64,000 nucleotides of DNA from a virus (taxonomy: Duplodnaviria > Caudoviricetes), in IMG/VR virus record IMGVR_UViG_3300031867_000018, positions 1 to 64,000 of that record; one strand, 5' to 3'. How positions within the stretch are numbered: the first letter of the stretch is position 1; every line of letters begins with the position of its first letter. Positions 1-9,794 of this stretch are shown here, piece by piece. A model generated the notes under the pieces. The model was not told the DNA's origin and did no database searches. It worked only from the letters and a program-made list of their open reading frames with translations. Position numbers and translations under genes: made by a program.

Positions 1-263
1 GAAAGCATAGATATACATATGATATATCTTATGTGCCGGACTATGACGAGGATCGCTGACGGCATCGTGAAAGCATAGATATACATATGATATATCTTAT
101 GTGCCGGACTATGACGAGGATCGCTGACGGCATCGTGAAAGCATAGATATACATATGATATATCTTATGTGCCGGACTATGACGAGGATCGCTGACGGCA
201 TCGTGAAAGCATAGATATACATATGATATATCTTATGTGCCGGACTATGACGAGGATCGCTGA
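1..263. repeat. Perfect 68-bp tandem repeat, 3 full copies plus a 59-nt partial copy; probably continues beyond the window start
   Basis: Unit gaaagcatagatatacatatgatatatcttatgtgccggactatgacgaggatcgctgacggcatcgt starts at 1, 69, 137 and 205; no spacers. Confidence 0.97.
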
Positions 264-1130
264 GTGTCGGAAGATAGCATCGAGGTATATATATATATAT
301 ATATATAAGAGTTATATATAAAGTTGTCAAGCCTGTAAAGATATATATAGTAATATAGTAATAATGTATCAATAGATGATTGATTGATAGCATCGGACTA
401 TATTATATTAATAACCTGATGCACAATGTAATTATTATTGTAATATAGATATATAGTTAGTATCAGATCACAAATATTATTATAACGTTGTTATATAGCC
501 CCGTAATGTTATTATATGGGTATGTGATAATTATAATAGTTGTATATACCTACATTATATATAATGCCTGTATAGTTTGATATGTGCGTTATATGTGGCG
601 TTGTATTGATATTATTGATTGATATGTATTATGTATGTTATGCAGATTGATATAATAATATATATTTGTGTGTATTTGGCTATGTATCAATGATTGATAG
701 TGTTTTGATTATTTGTTGATGTATAATTATATTGTTTTATGCAAAATATTTGTATATTATATATTTATGTGAATAACTATATATGTAAATATTGGCTTAT
801 ATAAAGGGGTTTAAAGGTGTTTTGTTAGTGTATGATTTTTAAAAATTTATGCAAAATAAATGTATAATATTTATAGTATAACGAACACCTATAACGAAAA
901 GTAATAAATATTACTTTGATATTACTATTATTAATATATATCAGTATCAATATATATATATATCAATAGTATTATATATTATATCACTATTAGTACATAT
1001 TTATTATATTTTACCATTCTTTCAACTTCTGTATGCCTTGTATTTATCGGCTTTTCGCCTTGATCGTGTAAAATATACCCTTGAAAATATACATTTTTAG
1101 AGGTATTTTTTATTTTATTTTATCTGATAT
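264..1130. other. Very AT-rich, low-complexity non-coding tract (candidate origin unwinding or genome-end region)
   Basis: (AT)n runs, no credible ORF; function is inferred only. Confidence 0.5.
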
Positions 1131-1974
1131 ATAGGGGGTTAGTTTACATCTTAGATCCGGTCTTGATCTCCGCAGAACCCCTTATCTGTTCCGTTCTCAC
1201 ATCCCACTAAAAATCCAAATCCCCTTCGTAACTCACTTCGACAAAACCCTTAATTCTCCTACTGTAACTTCATTTTTTCAATAACTAAATTCTAACTTAT
1301 TCAACTCAAATTTTTATTCAAACCTACCAATAAATCAGTATTTCAACGAAAAATATATTTTCAACCCTAAAAAATATTAAAATCTCAATATTGATAATCT
1401 TTTTTAAAGGCTTTGTATTTCCGATAAAGCCTTATTTTTATGCTTATAATTTTACACTTTACACTCAAAATACCGAAGTTGATATTTTTGTGGTTTATTT
1501 GCTATAAAATTTTCTTTCTGATTACCCTTTAAACTAAAATAAATTTTAATAAGCAGACAATACATAGCATTGAACACAGAGTATCACACTTATGTGATAC
1601 GACATAGCTGTCTGCAAGACTAAAGTTTTACTCTCTTTGAAATTTTATAAAGAATATATTTATATATTTATTTTCAGATAATACTTGCTTTCAGTGTATG
1701 GGGAGATATTTACAAAAAATTACACTTATGTTCCCTTATATTTAATCTTAAAGGAATATAGTCTGCAATACCGTTATTTAAGCACATCTCATATTAAAAA
1801 AAACGCCTTTTTGAGTTGAAAAAGGCATTATTTTTTTCGTAAAGGTTAAAGATTTGAGCATTAAAGCATTTGTGAAGCTGCAAATTCTTGCAAATATTTT
1901 CAACAAAATAATTAAACAGAGAATAAATAAATGTATCAGTAAAAAGTTTTGCTACAAAATAAAGGAGGAACGTT

Positions 1975-3246
1975 ATGCAAAATAAAAAAATCACTGTTAT
2001 TGACTCTGTAATGGGTTCAGGTAAGACAAGTTGGGCTATCCGTTACATAAATGATAACCCAAAAACAAATTTCATTTATGTAGCACCGTATCTTGCGGAA
2101 GTAGATAGAATTATGAATAGTTGTCCTAACAGATTCAAAGCACCACATCACAACGGTATTGGCAAGCTAAAAAGTTTTCAGTATTTATTGTCTCTTAATG
2201 CAGATATATGTTGTACTCATGCTTTATTTACTTTATTTGATGAAGAAACCAGAAATTTAATCAGAGAAAAAAAATACACTATCATTATTGATGAGGTTCC
2301 TATGATTATGACCGAGTATGGCAATATGTGTGACGAAGAGAGAAAAGAAAAACTCACTAAAGACGATTTGTCTATGATGTTTAGGAGTGGTTGTCTTATA
2401 AAAAATGAAGATGACGACTTCTTGCGTTGGAATCCTAAAGACGTAAAGATGAAAATTTCTTGGTACAGGGTAAAGAAATATGCGGAAGCAGGATGTTTAT
2501 TATATCTTGATAATTCATTCTTAGCTTGGCAATATAATCCTGAAAATTTCAGAGTATTTGACAACATCTTTATTTTGACATATTTATTTGACGGTAGTTT
2601 AGCTAAACACTATTTTGATGTTTACGGGTTAAAATACGAGAAAAAATCTGTTCAATGTTTATACGGCAAATATAACCTTTGTGAGTTTATGTCTTGTGAC
2701 GGAGCTGTTTTTAAAGAGTTGGTAAATATCTATGAAGGAAAGATGAATTATAACACTGTTCCTAACAGCAAAGATAAAAGAGTTTTAAGAAGTCACCTAT
2801 CAAAAACTTGGTTTGGGTACTCAAAGAATAAAGAATATATAGCGCAGTTAAGAAGAAATTTGTGTAATTATTTTCAGAATAATGAAAACCGTAAAGAAAG
2901 AAATAAAATGTGGACTGCTTTTAAAGACGGGAAGAAAGGGAATAAACAACTCAATGACAAAGGCTATACCTACGCTTTTATCCCTTGTAATTGTAGAGCT
3001 ACAAACGACTTTTCTGATAGAAGCAAACTTGCTTATTGTGTAAACCGATTTTTACACCCTACAATTAAGCATTTCTTCACAAGTAAAGGTATTTCTGTTG
3101 ACGAGGACGCTTTTGCTTTGTCGGAATTTGTACAGTGGATATGGAGAAGCCGCATCAGAAACGGTCAGCCGATAGAAATTTATATACCTTCAAAGCGTAT
3201 GCGTAACTTATTAAAGGAATGGTTGGGTTTATCAATTGAGGAATAA
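1975..3246 (+). CDS. SF2/DEAD-like helicase-fold protein (possible origin-binding or initiator protein)
   Basis: Walker A MGSGKT, Walker B IIIDE, motif VI-like QWIWRSRIR; RBS aaggagg. Confidence 0.75.
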   Translation: MQNKKITVIDSVMGSGKTSWAIRYINDNPKTNFIYVAPYLAEVDRIMNSCPNRFKAPHHNGIGKLKSFQYLLSLNADICCTHALFTLFDEETRNLIREKKYTIIIDEVPMIMTEYGNMCDEERKEKLTKDDLSMMFRSGCLIKNEDDDFLRWNPKDVKMKISWYRVKKYAEAGCLLYLDNSFLAWQYNPENFRVFDNIFILTYLFDGSLAKHYFDVYGLKYEKKSVQCLYGKYNLCEFMSCDGAVFKELVNIYEGKMNYNTVPNSKDKRVLRSHLSKTWFGYSKNKEYIAQLRRNLCNYFQNNENRKERNKMWTAFKDGKKGNKQLNDKGYTYAFIPCNCRATNDFSDRSKLAYCVNRFLHPTIKHFFTSKGISVDEDAFALSEFVQWIWRSRIRNGQPIEIYIPSKRMRNLLKEWLGLSIEE

Positions 3247-3325
3247 GTATAAAATTTACGATATGAAAATTTTTAGAGAATAAATATTTAAAGGTATTAG
3301 TAAGCAATTACGGAGGTAAAAAAAT

Positions 3326-3673
3326 ATGTCAAGACAAAAAACTCTTTTAAAGGCAAATTTAGAGGCGAATATTGATTTTCAATTATTGAAATACTTAAAA
3401 AAAGTACATGAGCATATTAAAGACGACATAGAAGAAGATCATACACTTTGGGATTTTCTCATTGGTCAAATAATTAGGGCTGGATTACCCAATAATCTAT
3501 ATGATGAGTATGGAAATCCTTATATTCCCGTTTTTGAATTATATGAGTTACCGATAAAGAGAGCAGAAGCACTACGAAAGCGACAGAAATACGAAGAAAA
3601 ATTAGAAAAGAAATTTCGCAGGAACAGGTATATGGAAGTTTTTACGGACGAAGAAAACAAGGAGGACACTTAA
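3326..3673 (+). CDS. Hypothetical protein
   Basis: 115-aa ORF with RBS ggaggt. Confidence 0.7.
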   Translation: MSRQKTLLKANLEANIDFQLLKYLKKVHEHIKDDIEEDHTLWDFLIGQIIRAGLPNNLYDEYGNPYIPVFELYELPIKRAEALRKRQKYEEKLEKKFRRNRYMEVFTDEENKEDT

Positions 3674-3678
3674 AATAA

Positions 3679-3876
3679 ATGAGTTATAAAAATGATTATA
3701 ATGATTACAGAAATTACGGTTCTGACTCAACAAAATATGTGAGAATAATATCATCAGATTTTAATGCCCCATTATCAATGGTAGATACAGCCAAGAGGAT
3801 AATCTCTGACGAATGGTTTGATAGAAATTGCCGCAGACTTGCGGAGATAAACCATAGAAAACAGGAGGTAACATAA
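3679..3876 (+). CDS. Hypothetical protein
   Basis: Short ORF packed in the operon, RBS aggagg. Confidence 0.6.
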   Translation: MSYKNDYNDYRNYGSDSTKYVRIISSDFNAPLSMVDTAKRIISDEWFDRNCRRLAEINHRKQEVT

Positions 3877-3877
3877 T

Positions 3878-4243
3878 ATGCAAAAATTAAGATATGACAA
3901 AATAGCTGAAGAAATTATCGCAGTAAACTTACAAAATGGATATACGGTGATCGCTATGAGAAATTATAGTCATCATAAAGACCGATACAATGTTAAGCTG
4001 TATATTAAAGATAATACCGTTGATAATCTTGACTTAATGGAAAAGTTTGAGAAAGTCAAAGTAAAAACTAATGGAACAGACGGTTTGACAAGCCACGATG
4101 ACAGAATTGTAAATGCGGAAATAACGAAATTGATTTCGGAATTATATCGTAGCGGCAAGTTTGATTATTATATTAATCGCTATAAATACCAAATGAAGTG
4201 TTTTGATTATGGAAATGAACACTTTGAGAAGAAAGGATCGTGA
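3878..4243 (+). CDS. Hypothetical protein
   Basis: 121-aa ORF, RBS aggaggt. Confidence 0.7.
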   Translation: MQKLRYDKIAEEIIAVNLQNGYTVIAMRNYSHHKDRYNVKLYIKDNTVDNLDLMEKFEKVKVKTNGTDGLTSHDDRIVNAEITKLISELYRSGKFDYYINRYKYQMKCFDYGNEHFEKKGS

Positions 4244-4247
4244 TAAA

Positions 4248-7200
4248 TTGTTAGATAAGCAATATCATCTGTATTCTGTTGATACTGGACATTTCTACAG
4301 TGGTAAGGAAAGATATTTACACAATATGAATTGTAAATATCGTCAGGAGCGAAACTTTATTAAGAATAAAGCGGAGATTTATAGCAAACAGCTTATTCAA
4401 GATGGGTTAATTGACGAAAAAACTGCCCAGAAATTGTCAAGGATGAATCTCAAAAAATTACATGAGTATAAAGAAAACAACACTCCTTCGGCACAGGTAT
4501 CAATATTGATTGATTTGTATGAGTTGATAATTCATAAGCGTGAAAAAGCCAAAGAATCCAAAGATAAACTTTTGAGACTTTTGGGGAATAAGGTTCAACA
4601 TAATATTAACACCAACGGCACCGATCATATCCGTAATCTTGACGATACCATTCTTAACGATAACAATGTAGTCTCAATGTTTGATAGTTTTTTGAGCCGT
4701 ACCCTCAAGATTGAAGAGGACGAGCTTACCGATAATCTTATCATTGTACAAATATATTACTTTGATGTTTTTAAAGATATAAGTTTCTTTGGGTTTACAT
4801 ACAAAGGTGAAAAATACAGATACTTCACTTCTTCTGCGGGGCAGATACGCAAGAAAAAAACTGTGTTTATCAAAGAGTCGGTATGGCAGAAATATGAAAA
4901 GACACTGATGTGCGGTTTAACGATTGACGATATAAACGCTAAAGGCGGTATAAACACAAGCAAGTTCTTAGCCTATCTCGCTTTGACAAACACCGCAAGT
5001 GATGAGTGGAAAGAGTTTGATATAGATAAATGTATCGTTGTTGAGGATTTCGAGACTAATGTTTGGGGTACTTATGACTTTATTGACGAGACAGATTATT
5101 CGATAACCCGCAAAACAGACTATGTTCCTATACCGCATACTGACGGAGCGGGAATGATTTTACCGAATGCCTTCGGGCAGAAGCAGAAAAACACTATGGT
5201 AAGAATGCCGTGGATAAAAGGTTTACTTTCTGTTTTTCCGTTTGATAAATTTATATCGGAGCATGAAAACGATTCCGAAAATCCTGCGTCCCGAAAAATC
5301 ACCGATATATACGGGAAAGAATGGGATATTTTTGAGGACGAAATACAGGTTATATTTACGAAATCGCAATGTAAACTTTATCGCTATTATACAGATTTTC
5401 AAGCTTATAAGGATAATTACAAGAAATACGGTTGCACCGCAGGTAGATGTAATATTGAGGAAGATAGGGTTAAAAACGCAAAAATCAACTATCAGATGTT
5501 GCAGACTTTGACGGATATCGCGGATGAAGAAATTGATATACTCACCAAACCTTCGGCTGACCGTATTAAAAATATATGCACGAGTAAAGAAACTATGCTT
5601 GATATTTTGGGGGTAACACCGTATAACACTAATCCTACTCCGTTTCAGAAAGCTATTAAGATGTACCCTGCTTTGTTGGGTGACACCTACTGTAAGGATG
5701 TTATCAGAGAAGTTAAGAATAGTTTGTTGAAGAAATATAGAAGTGGCAAATTGGAAGTTAAGGGTAAATATGCCTTTATATTACCCGATTTCTATGCCGC
5801 TTGTGAGTTTTGGTTTTGTGGGATTCAAGAGCCGAAAGGCTTGCTTGATAACGGCGAGGTATTTTGTTGGTTGGCAAGATTCGTAGATAAAATAGATTGT
5901 CTAAGAAGTCCACATTTATTTATGGAACATTCTGTGCGTAAAAATACAGCTAATGTTCAAGATCGCAGAGAAATTTTAAGGGAATGGTTTATTACTGATG
6001 CGTTATATACCAGTACCCACGATTTAATAAGTAAAATTTTACAGTAGACATACTTGCTGTACCCTATGGAAACATAGGGATATAAAACTTCGTGAACCTA
6101 TAAATATAGGGTGTGCATTTTACATTAAGGAATCGTAGGAAATGACGATTAGAAAATGTGCTAACAGGGAAAATCGTACAGCGACAATCCTGTGCTAAGT
6201 ATAGATTGATTATTCTGCATTTCACAAAGGAGGAATGAAATGCCAGAATTTAAAGAGATAGAATATAGAGGAACCTTGGTAAAAGTTAGCAGAAAAGACG
6301 ATGTAATATGGAATGGAACATTAAGAAATCGTTATTATAATGATGATGGATATGCAGTATGTTCTATGAAAATTCCTAATGTTGGTTGGCAAGGAGTTAG
6401 TATTGCCCGATTGGTGGCAACTGCATACATCCCAAATCCACATAATTTACCAGAGGTTAATCACAAAGATTATGACAGAGCAAACGCAAATGTAGAAAAT
6501 TTAGAATGGATTACTCACGCAGACAATGTTAAATATAGCGTATGTAATCGCCCTGATTACTCAGGAGAAAATAATCCTAACTTTGGAAATAGGAAATTAT
6601 CAAAAATATATGCTAAAAATAAGCAGTATGCAATTGAGAAGCAAGGAAGACCGGGCGTACAAAACGGCAGATGTGTAAAAATTAAATTGTTTAAAGACGG
6701 AAAATTAGTTAAGATATTTGATTATATTGGGTTGTGTTGCGAGTATTTAAGAGATGTTGCAAAAGTTACAAATTCTGCAATAGATACTATTAGAAGTAAG
6801 ATAAATCAGTGCGAAAAAGAAAATAAGCCCTATAAAGGATATACATTTGAAAAAATAAGATAAATTGTTCAGAATAATCAATCTATAAAAGCTTAACGAC
6901 TATCGAAAGGATATTTTAATGTCTTATACAGATATTAAAAGAATAACCAAGTAGAGTACAATTTCTGTGAAATTCGGGAATTGAAAGCGCGAAGCACCTA
7001 AGTCCGTGAGGATATGGTGAAGATATAGTCTGCCTCTTTAGAGACGAAGAGGTGTTGATGTTGACGGAGATAAGTCTCTTGTAGTCTCCGACTCGATAAT
7101 AATTACTGTTGCAGAAAGAATGATAAAGAAATATGATATTGTTCCGTTGTATTATAATATGCGTAAAGCATCCCCTGTGCAATTAACTAATGAAAATATT

Positions 7201-9086
7201 TATAACGGACTTATTGCGGCTTTTACAGGTGGCAATATAGGTGTTATCAGTAATGATATATCTAAGATTTGGAACAGCGATGCTATATGTAACGGAAATG
7301 AAGAAGATAAGAAGGAGGCGATAGATTGTATTAAATGTCTCTGTTGTCAAAACAACTTTGTAATCGATTAAATATTAGTCGCTTCATACAGTAATGTATG
7401 TCGAATAAGTTGGTGAACCTATAAATATAGGGTGTCCAATTTACGTTTAGGAACTATAGGAAATGATAGTTAGGAATTGGGCTAACAGGGAAAATCTAAA
7501 TGGTTATATTTTAATCACATGACAATCCTGTGCCAAGTCTTGAGATAATCAAGAAAGGTCAAACGACTATCCCTTTGGTGTTGAAATACACAATAGGAGT
7601 AGGGGCAAGACGAAATTCCTTGCTGGGTGAAAATCCCTTAAATCGAAGTGCCAACTAATCTGCAATATAAACATTGGCAAAAAAGGAGAATTATGATAAA
7701 AGATTATTTCAAAGAAATAAACAGTGAAGAGAAAGCGTATTGGTTAGGATTTCTATACGCAGATGGTTGTGTAGACAATAATTTAAGACATATAAATTTA
7801 GAATTAAATATTAAAGATTATGATCATATCGCAAAGTTTAAAGAAGTATTAGAAACGAATGCAAAAATTGTAATTAAAGAGCCTACTACAACTAAGCCAA
7901 ATAGGTCAGTAAGAATTGTAATATCTTGTAAACAAATGTGTTGTGATTTAGTTAAATTAGGGTGCATGCCCTGTAAATCTGCTAAATTAATATTTCCAAA
8001 CGAAAATCAAGTACCAAATCATTTATTATCTCATTTTATTAGGGGTTATTTTGATGGCGATGGTTGTTTATGTTGTTGTGAAGGGTATAGAAAAAGACCT
8101 GATAGAAGAGGGAAAGAATATCATTATAAAACATGGTTTTTAACATTTGCTGGGACAGAGGATTTTTTATTAGGTATATGTAATTTTTTAGGCGACAAAA
8201 CCAAGTTGATTAAAAACTCGAAGTGTACATATCAATTAAAATTTGGAGGAAATTTAAAAATTAAAAAGTTGATGTCTAAGTTTTACGAAAATGCCAATGT
8301 TTATTTAGACAGAAAACAAATTATTTATCAAAGCTTAATTAGTTAGTAATAAGATTGCAGATTAATAATATAGTCTATTCCCACTTTTGAATAAGTGTTA
8401 AAGTATTGCGAAAGCAAGGGTAGAAAAAGTACGCAAAAACATTGTATAAACCAGAATATCCAAAATTTATAGCAGAAAAAATAGCAAAATATACAAAAGA
8501 TAAACTCCCCGCATTCTTTGAGTATGCCAAAGACAAAAAACCAAACCAAGTCTGCACACGCAACAATAGTTTTGTCAACAAAATATATAATCGTGTAAAG
8601 GATAAAGGAATAAATATTAAGCATTTGGGAATTGAACCTATTGACTACAAATTGTTAATGCGTAACCCGGATATTGTATGCAGTAAAGAAATAGCCGAGA
8701 CCTATGATCGGTTAAACAAACGATACCGTTTTATGCTTAATATGAAAGATGAGCATATCGACAACTTACGGTATGTAGCTTGCCGATTAAGAGACGAGTT
8801 TGCCGAGATCGGATATTCCAACGAAATGGTGACAGATATGTTGGTTGAGTATTTGTACGGCAGCGAGAAACGATATAAACAAGTATTGTGGTTCTGTTAC
8901 GGTCAATATATAGTCAATAATCTTTCGCATAATATTGTTATTCCAAAGAAAAGAATATTTCAATGCGCCAGCTGTGGCGAATGGTTTGAGGTGTATGCAC
9001 ATTCGACAAAAATAATGTGTGATGCCTGTGCAGAGTTGTCATATAAAGAAAGATATAAAAAATATAACAAAAAACGAAGAAAATAA
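4248..9086 (+). CDS. yonO: YonO-like single-subunit DNA-dependent RNA polymerase; exons 4248-6045, 7055-7368, 8430-9086 (922 aa spliced)
   Basis: Motifs SAGQIR, HTDGAG, RMPWIKGL, LRSPHL. Splicing restores ILQ-F-DVDGDK (catalytic DxDGD) and NNFVID-YAKTLYKP. Exons total 2769 nt, in frame. C-terminal CxxC...CxxC. TTG start after gaaagga. Confidence 0.9.
6046..7054 (+). ncRNA. Group I self-splicing intron 1 in the RNA polymerase gene
   Basis: Exon ends in U pairing with G in P1 (acagt/gctgt); core aatcctgtgc, ttaacgacta and gaagatatagtct (P7); terminal G7054; removal restores frame. Confidence 0.92.
6240..6863 (+). CDS. Intron-encoded HNH homing endonuclease
   Basis: RLVATAYIPNPHNLPEVNHKDYDRANANVENLEW; ORF looped out by an 18-bp perfect stem (6200-6217 / 6870-6887). 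Confidence 0.9.
   Translation: MPEFKEIEYRGTLVKVSRKDDVIWNGTLRNRYYNDDGYAVCSMKIPNVGWQGVSIARLVATAYIPNPHNLPEVNHKDYDRANANVENLEWITHADNVKYSVCNRPDYSGENNPNFGNRKLSKIYAKNKQYAIEKQGRPGVQNGRCVKIKLFKDGKLVKIFDYIGLCCEYLRDVAKVTNSAIDTIRSKINQCEKENKPYKGYTFEKIR
7369..8429 (+). ncRNA. Group I self-splicing intron 2 in the RNA polymerase gene
   Basis: P1 cgat|taa...ttagtcg with U.G at the splice site; caaacgacta and ataatatagtct (P7); terminal G8429; removal joins D to YAKTLYKP. Confidence 0.92.
7693..8346 (+). CDS. Intron-encoded LAGLIDADG homing endonuclease
   Basis: Two motifs YWLGFLYADG and HFIRGYFDGDG; ATG 7693 after aaggag; flanked by an 11-bp stem 7656-7666 / 8354-8364. Confidence 0.9.
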   Translation: MIKDYFKEINSEEKAYWLGFLYADGCVDNNLRHINLELNIKDYDHIAKFKEVLETNAKIVIKEPTTTKPNRSVRIVISCKQMCCDLVKLGCMPCKSAKLIFPNENQVPNHLLSHFIRGYFDGDGCLCCCEGYRKRPDRRGKEYHYKTWFLTFAGTEDFLLGICNFLGDKTKLIKNSKCTYQLKFGGNLKIKKLMSKFYENANVYLDRKQIIYQSLIS

Positions 9087-9218
9087 CCACAAACTTACAG
9101 AGGGTCAAAATACCGCTATTTACGGGTGTGGTCTTTTTATCACAACCGTTGCTTACGGTATTCGGTTTGTGTACTTATGGAGGATAGTATCTCCAATTTT
9201 CAGGAAAGGGCTGGTCTA

Positions 9219-9524
9219 TTGCGTATAAATCAGGAACAAATCATTGAAGAAGTCTCGAATGAAACCTGCATATCAAACAGAGTCGTGAAAGAGGTTCTTC
9301 GTGGACTTGGTAAAGTTGTTTCAAAGAAATTAGCTGAAAGTCCCTATAAAAAAATGGTTATAGACTTGTGGGAAGGGTTTAAAATCAAGCGTTACTATCA
9401 GGAAGAAAAAGATTACTCAAAGGGAGTGGTCAAAGACATAAAATGTTCTGAACGTGTTGTAATTAAACCGACTGTGACCCGCACATTTAAAGAAAAGTTA
9501 AATAAACAGATTTTTGGAAATTGA
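9219..9524 (+). CDS. Divergent HU/IHF-like DNA-binding protein
   Basis: INQEQIIEEVSNETCIS...VKEVL...IKPTVTRTFKEKLN pattern; TTG start after gaaaggg. Confidence 0.6.
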   Translation: MRINQEQIIEEVSNETCISNRVVKEVLRGLGKVVSKKLAESPYKKMVIDLWEGFKIKRYYQEEKDYSKGVVKDIKCSERVVIKPTVTRTFKEKLNKQIFGN

Positions 9525-9591
9525 TCTTCGGGTGGTGTCGTTACTTTGTGGCGGCATTGCCCTAAAAAATAAATATAAAGGAGCTGAGAAT

Positions 9592-9765
9592 TTGTTCTCA
9601 ATCACAAAAGACGAAGCATTTTACCTTCGCAAGAATGGTCATTCGGATAGTGTTAAGGTGACACATAGTCGATATAAAAAATATTTTGCAATAGAGTGTA
9701 AAGATGTATATGATGCTTTAAAACGATTCAATAAAGACCGTATAACAACAAAGAACTTCGGATAA
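9592..9765 (+). CDS. Small hypothetical protein
   Basis: TTG start after aaggag, within ORF 9514-9765. Confidence 0.5.
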   Translation: MFSITKDEAFYLRKNGHSDSVKVTHSRYKKYFAIECKDVYDALKRFNKDRITTKNFG

Positions 9766-9794
9766 CCGAAAATAAACCGTAAAGGTGGAATTTT

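Noticed and set aside
1-263. CRISPR array
   Set aside because: Units are identical with no spacers, and there are no cas genes.
1-263. Tandem hammerhead ribozymes (TGACGA...GAAA)
   Set aside because: The CUGANGA core reads AUGACGA, stem II closes poorly, and no NUH site or stem I is evident.
109-393. 94-aa minus-strand ORF
   Set aside because: Product of the repeat and low-complexity sequence; no RBS.
6045-6047. Stop-codon readthrough, recoding or pseudogenisation of the polymerase
   Set aside because: The stops are explained by intron 5' ends; other genes use TAG, TAA and TGA normally.
6240-8346. Inteins in the polymerase
   Set aside because: The nucleases are separate ORFs with their own RBS and stops inside RNA-structured introns; no intein terminal motifs.
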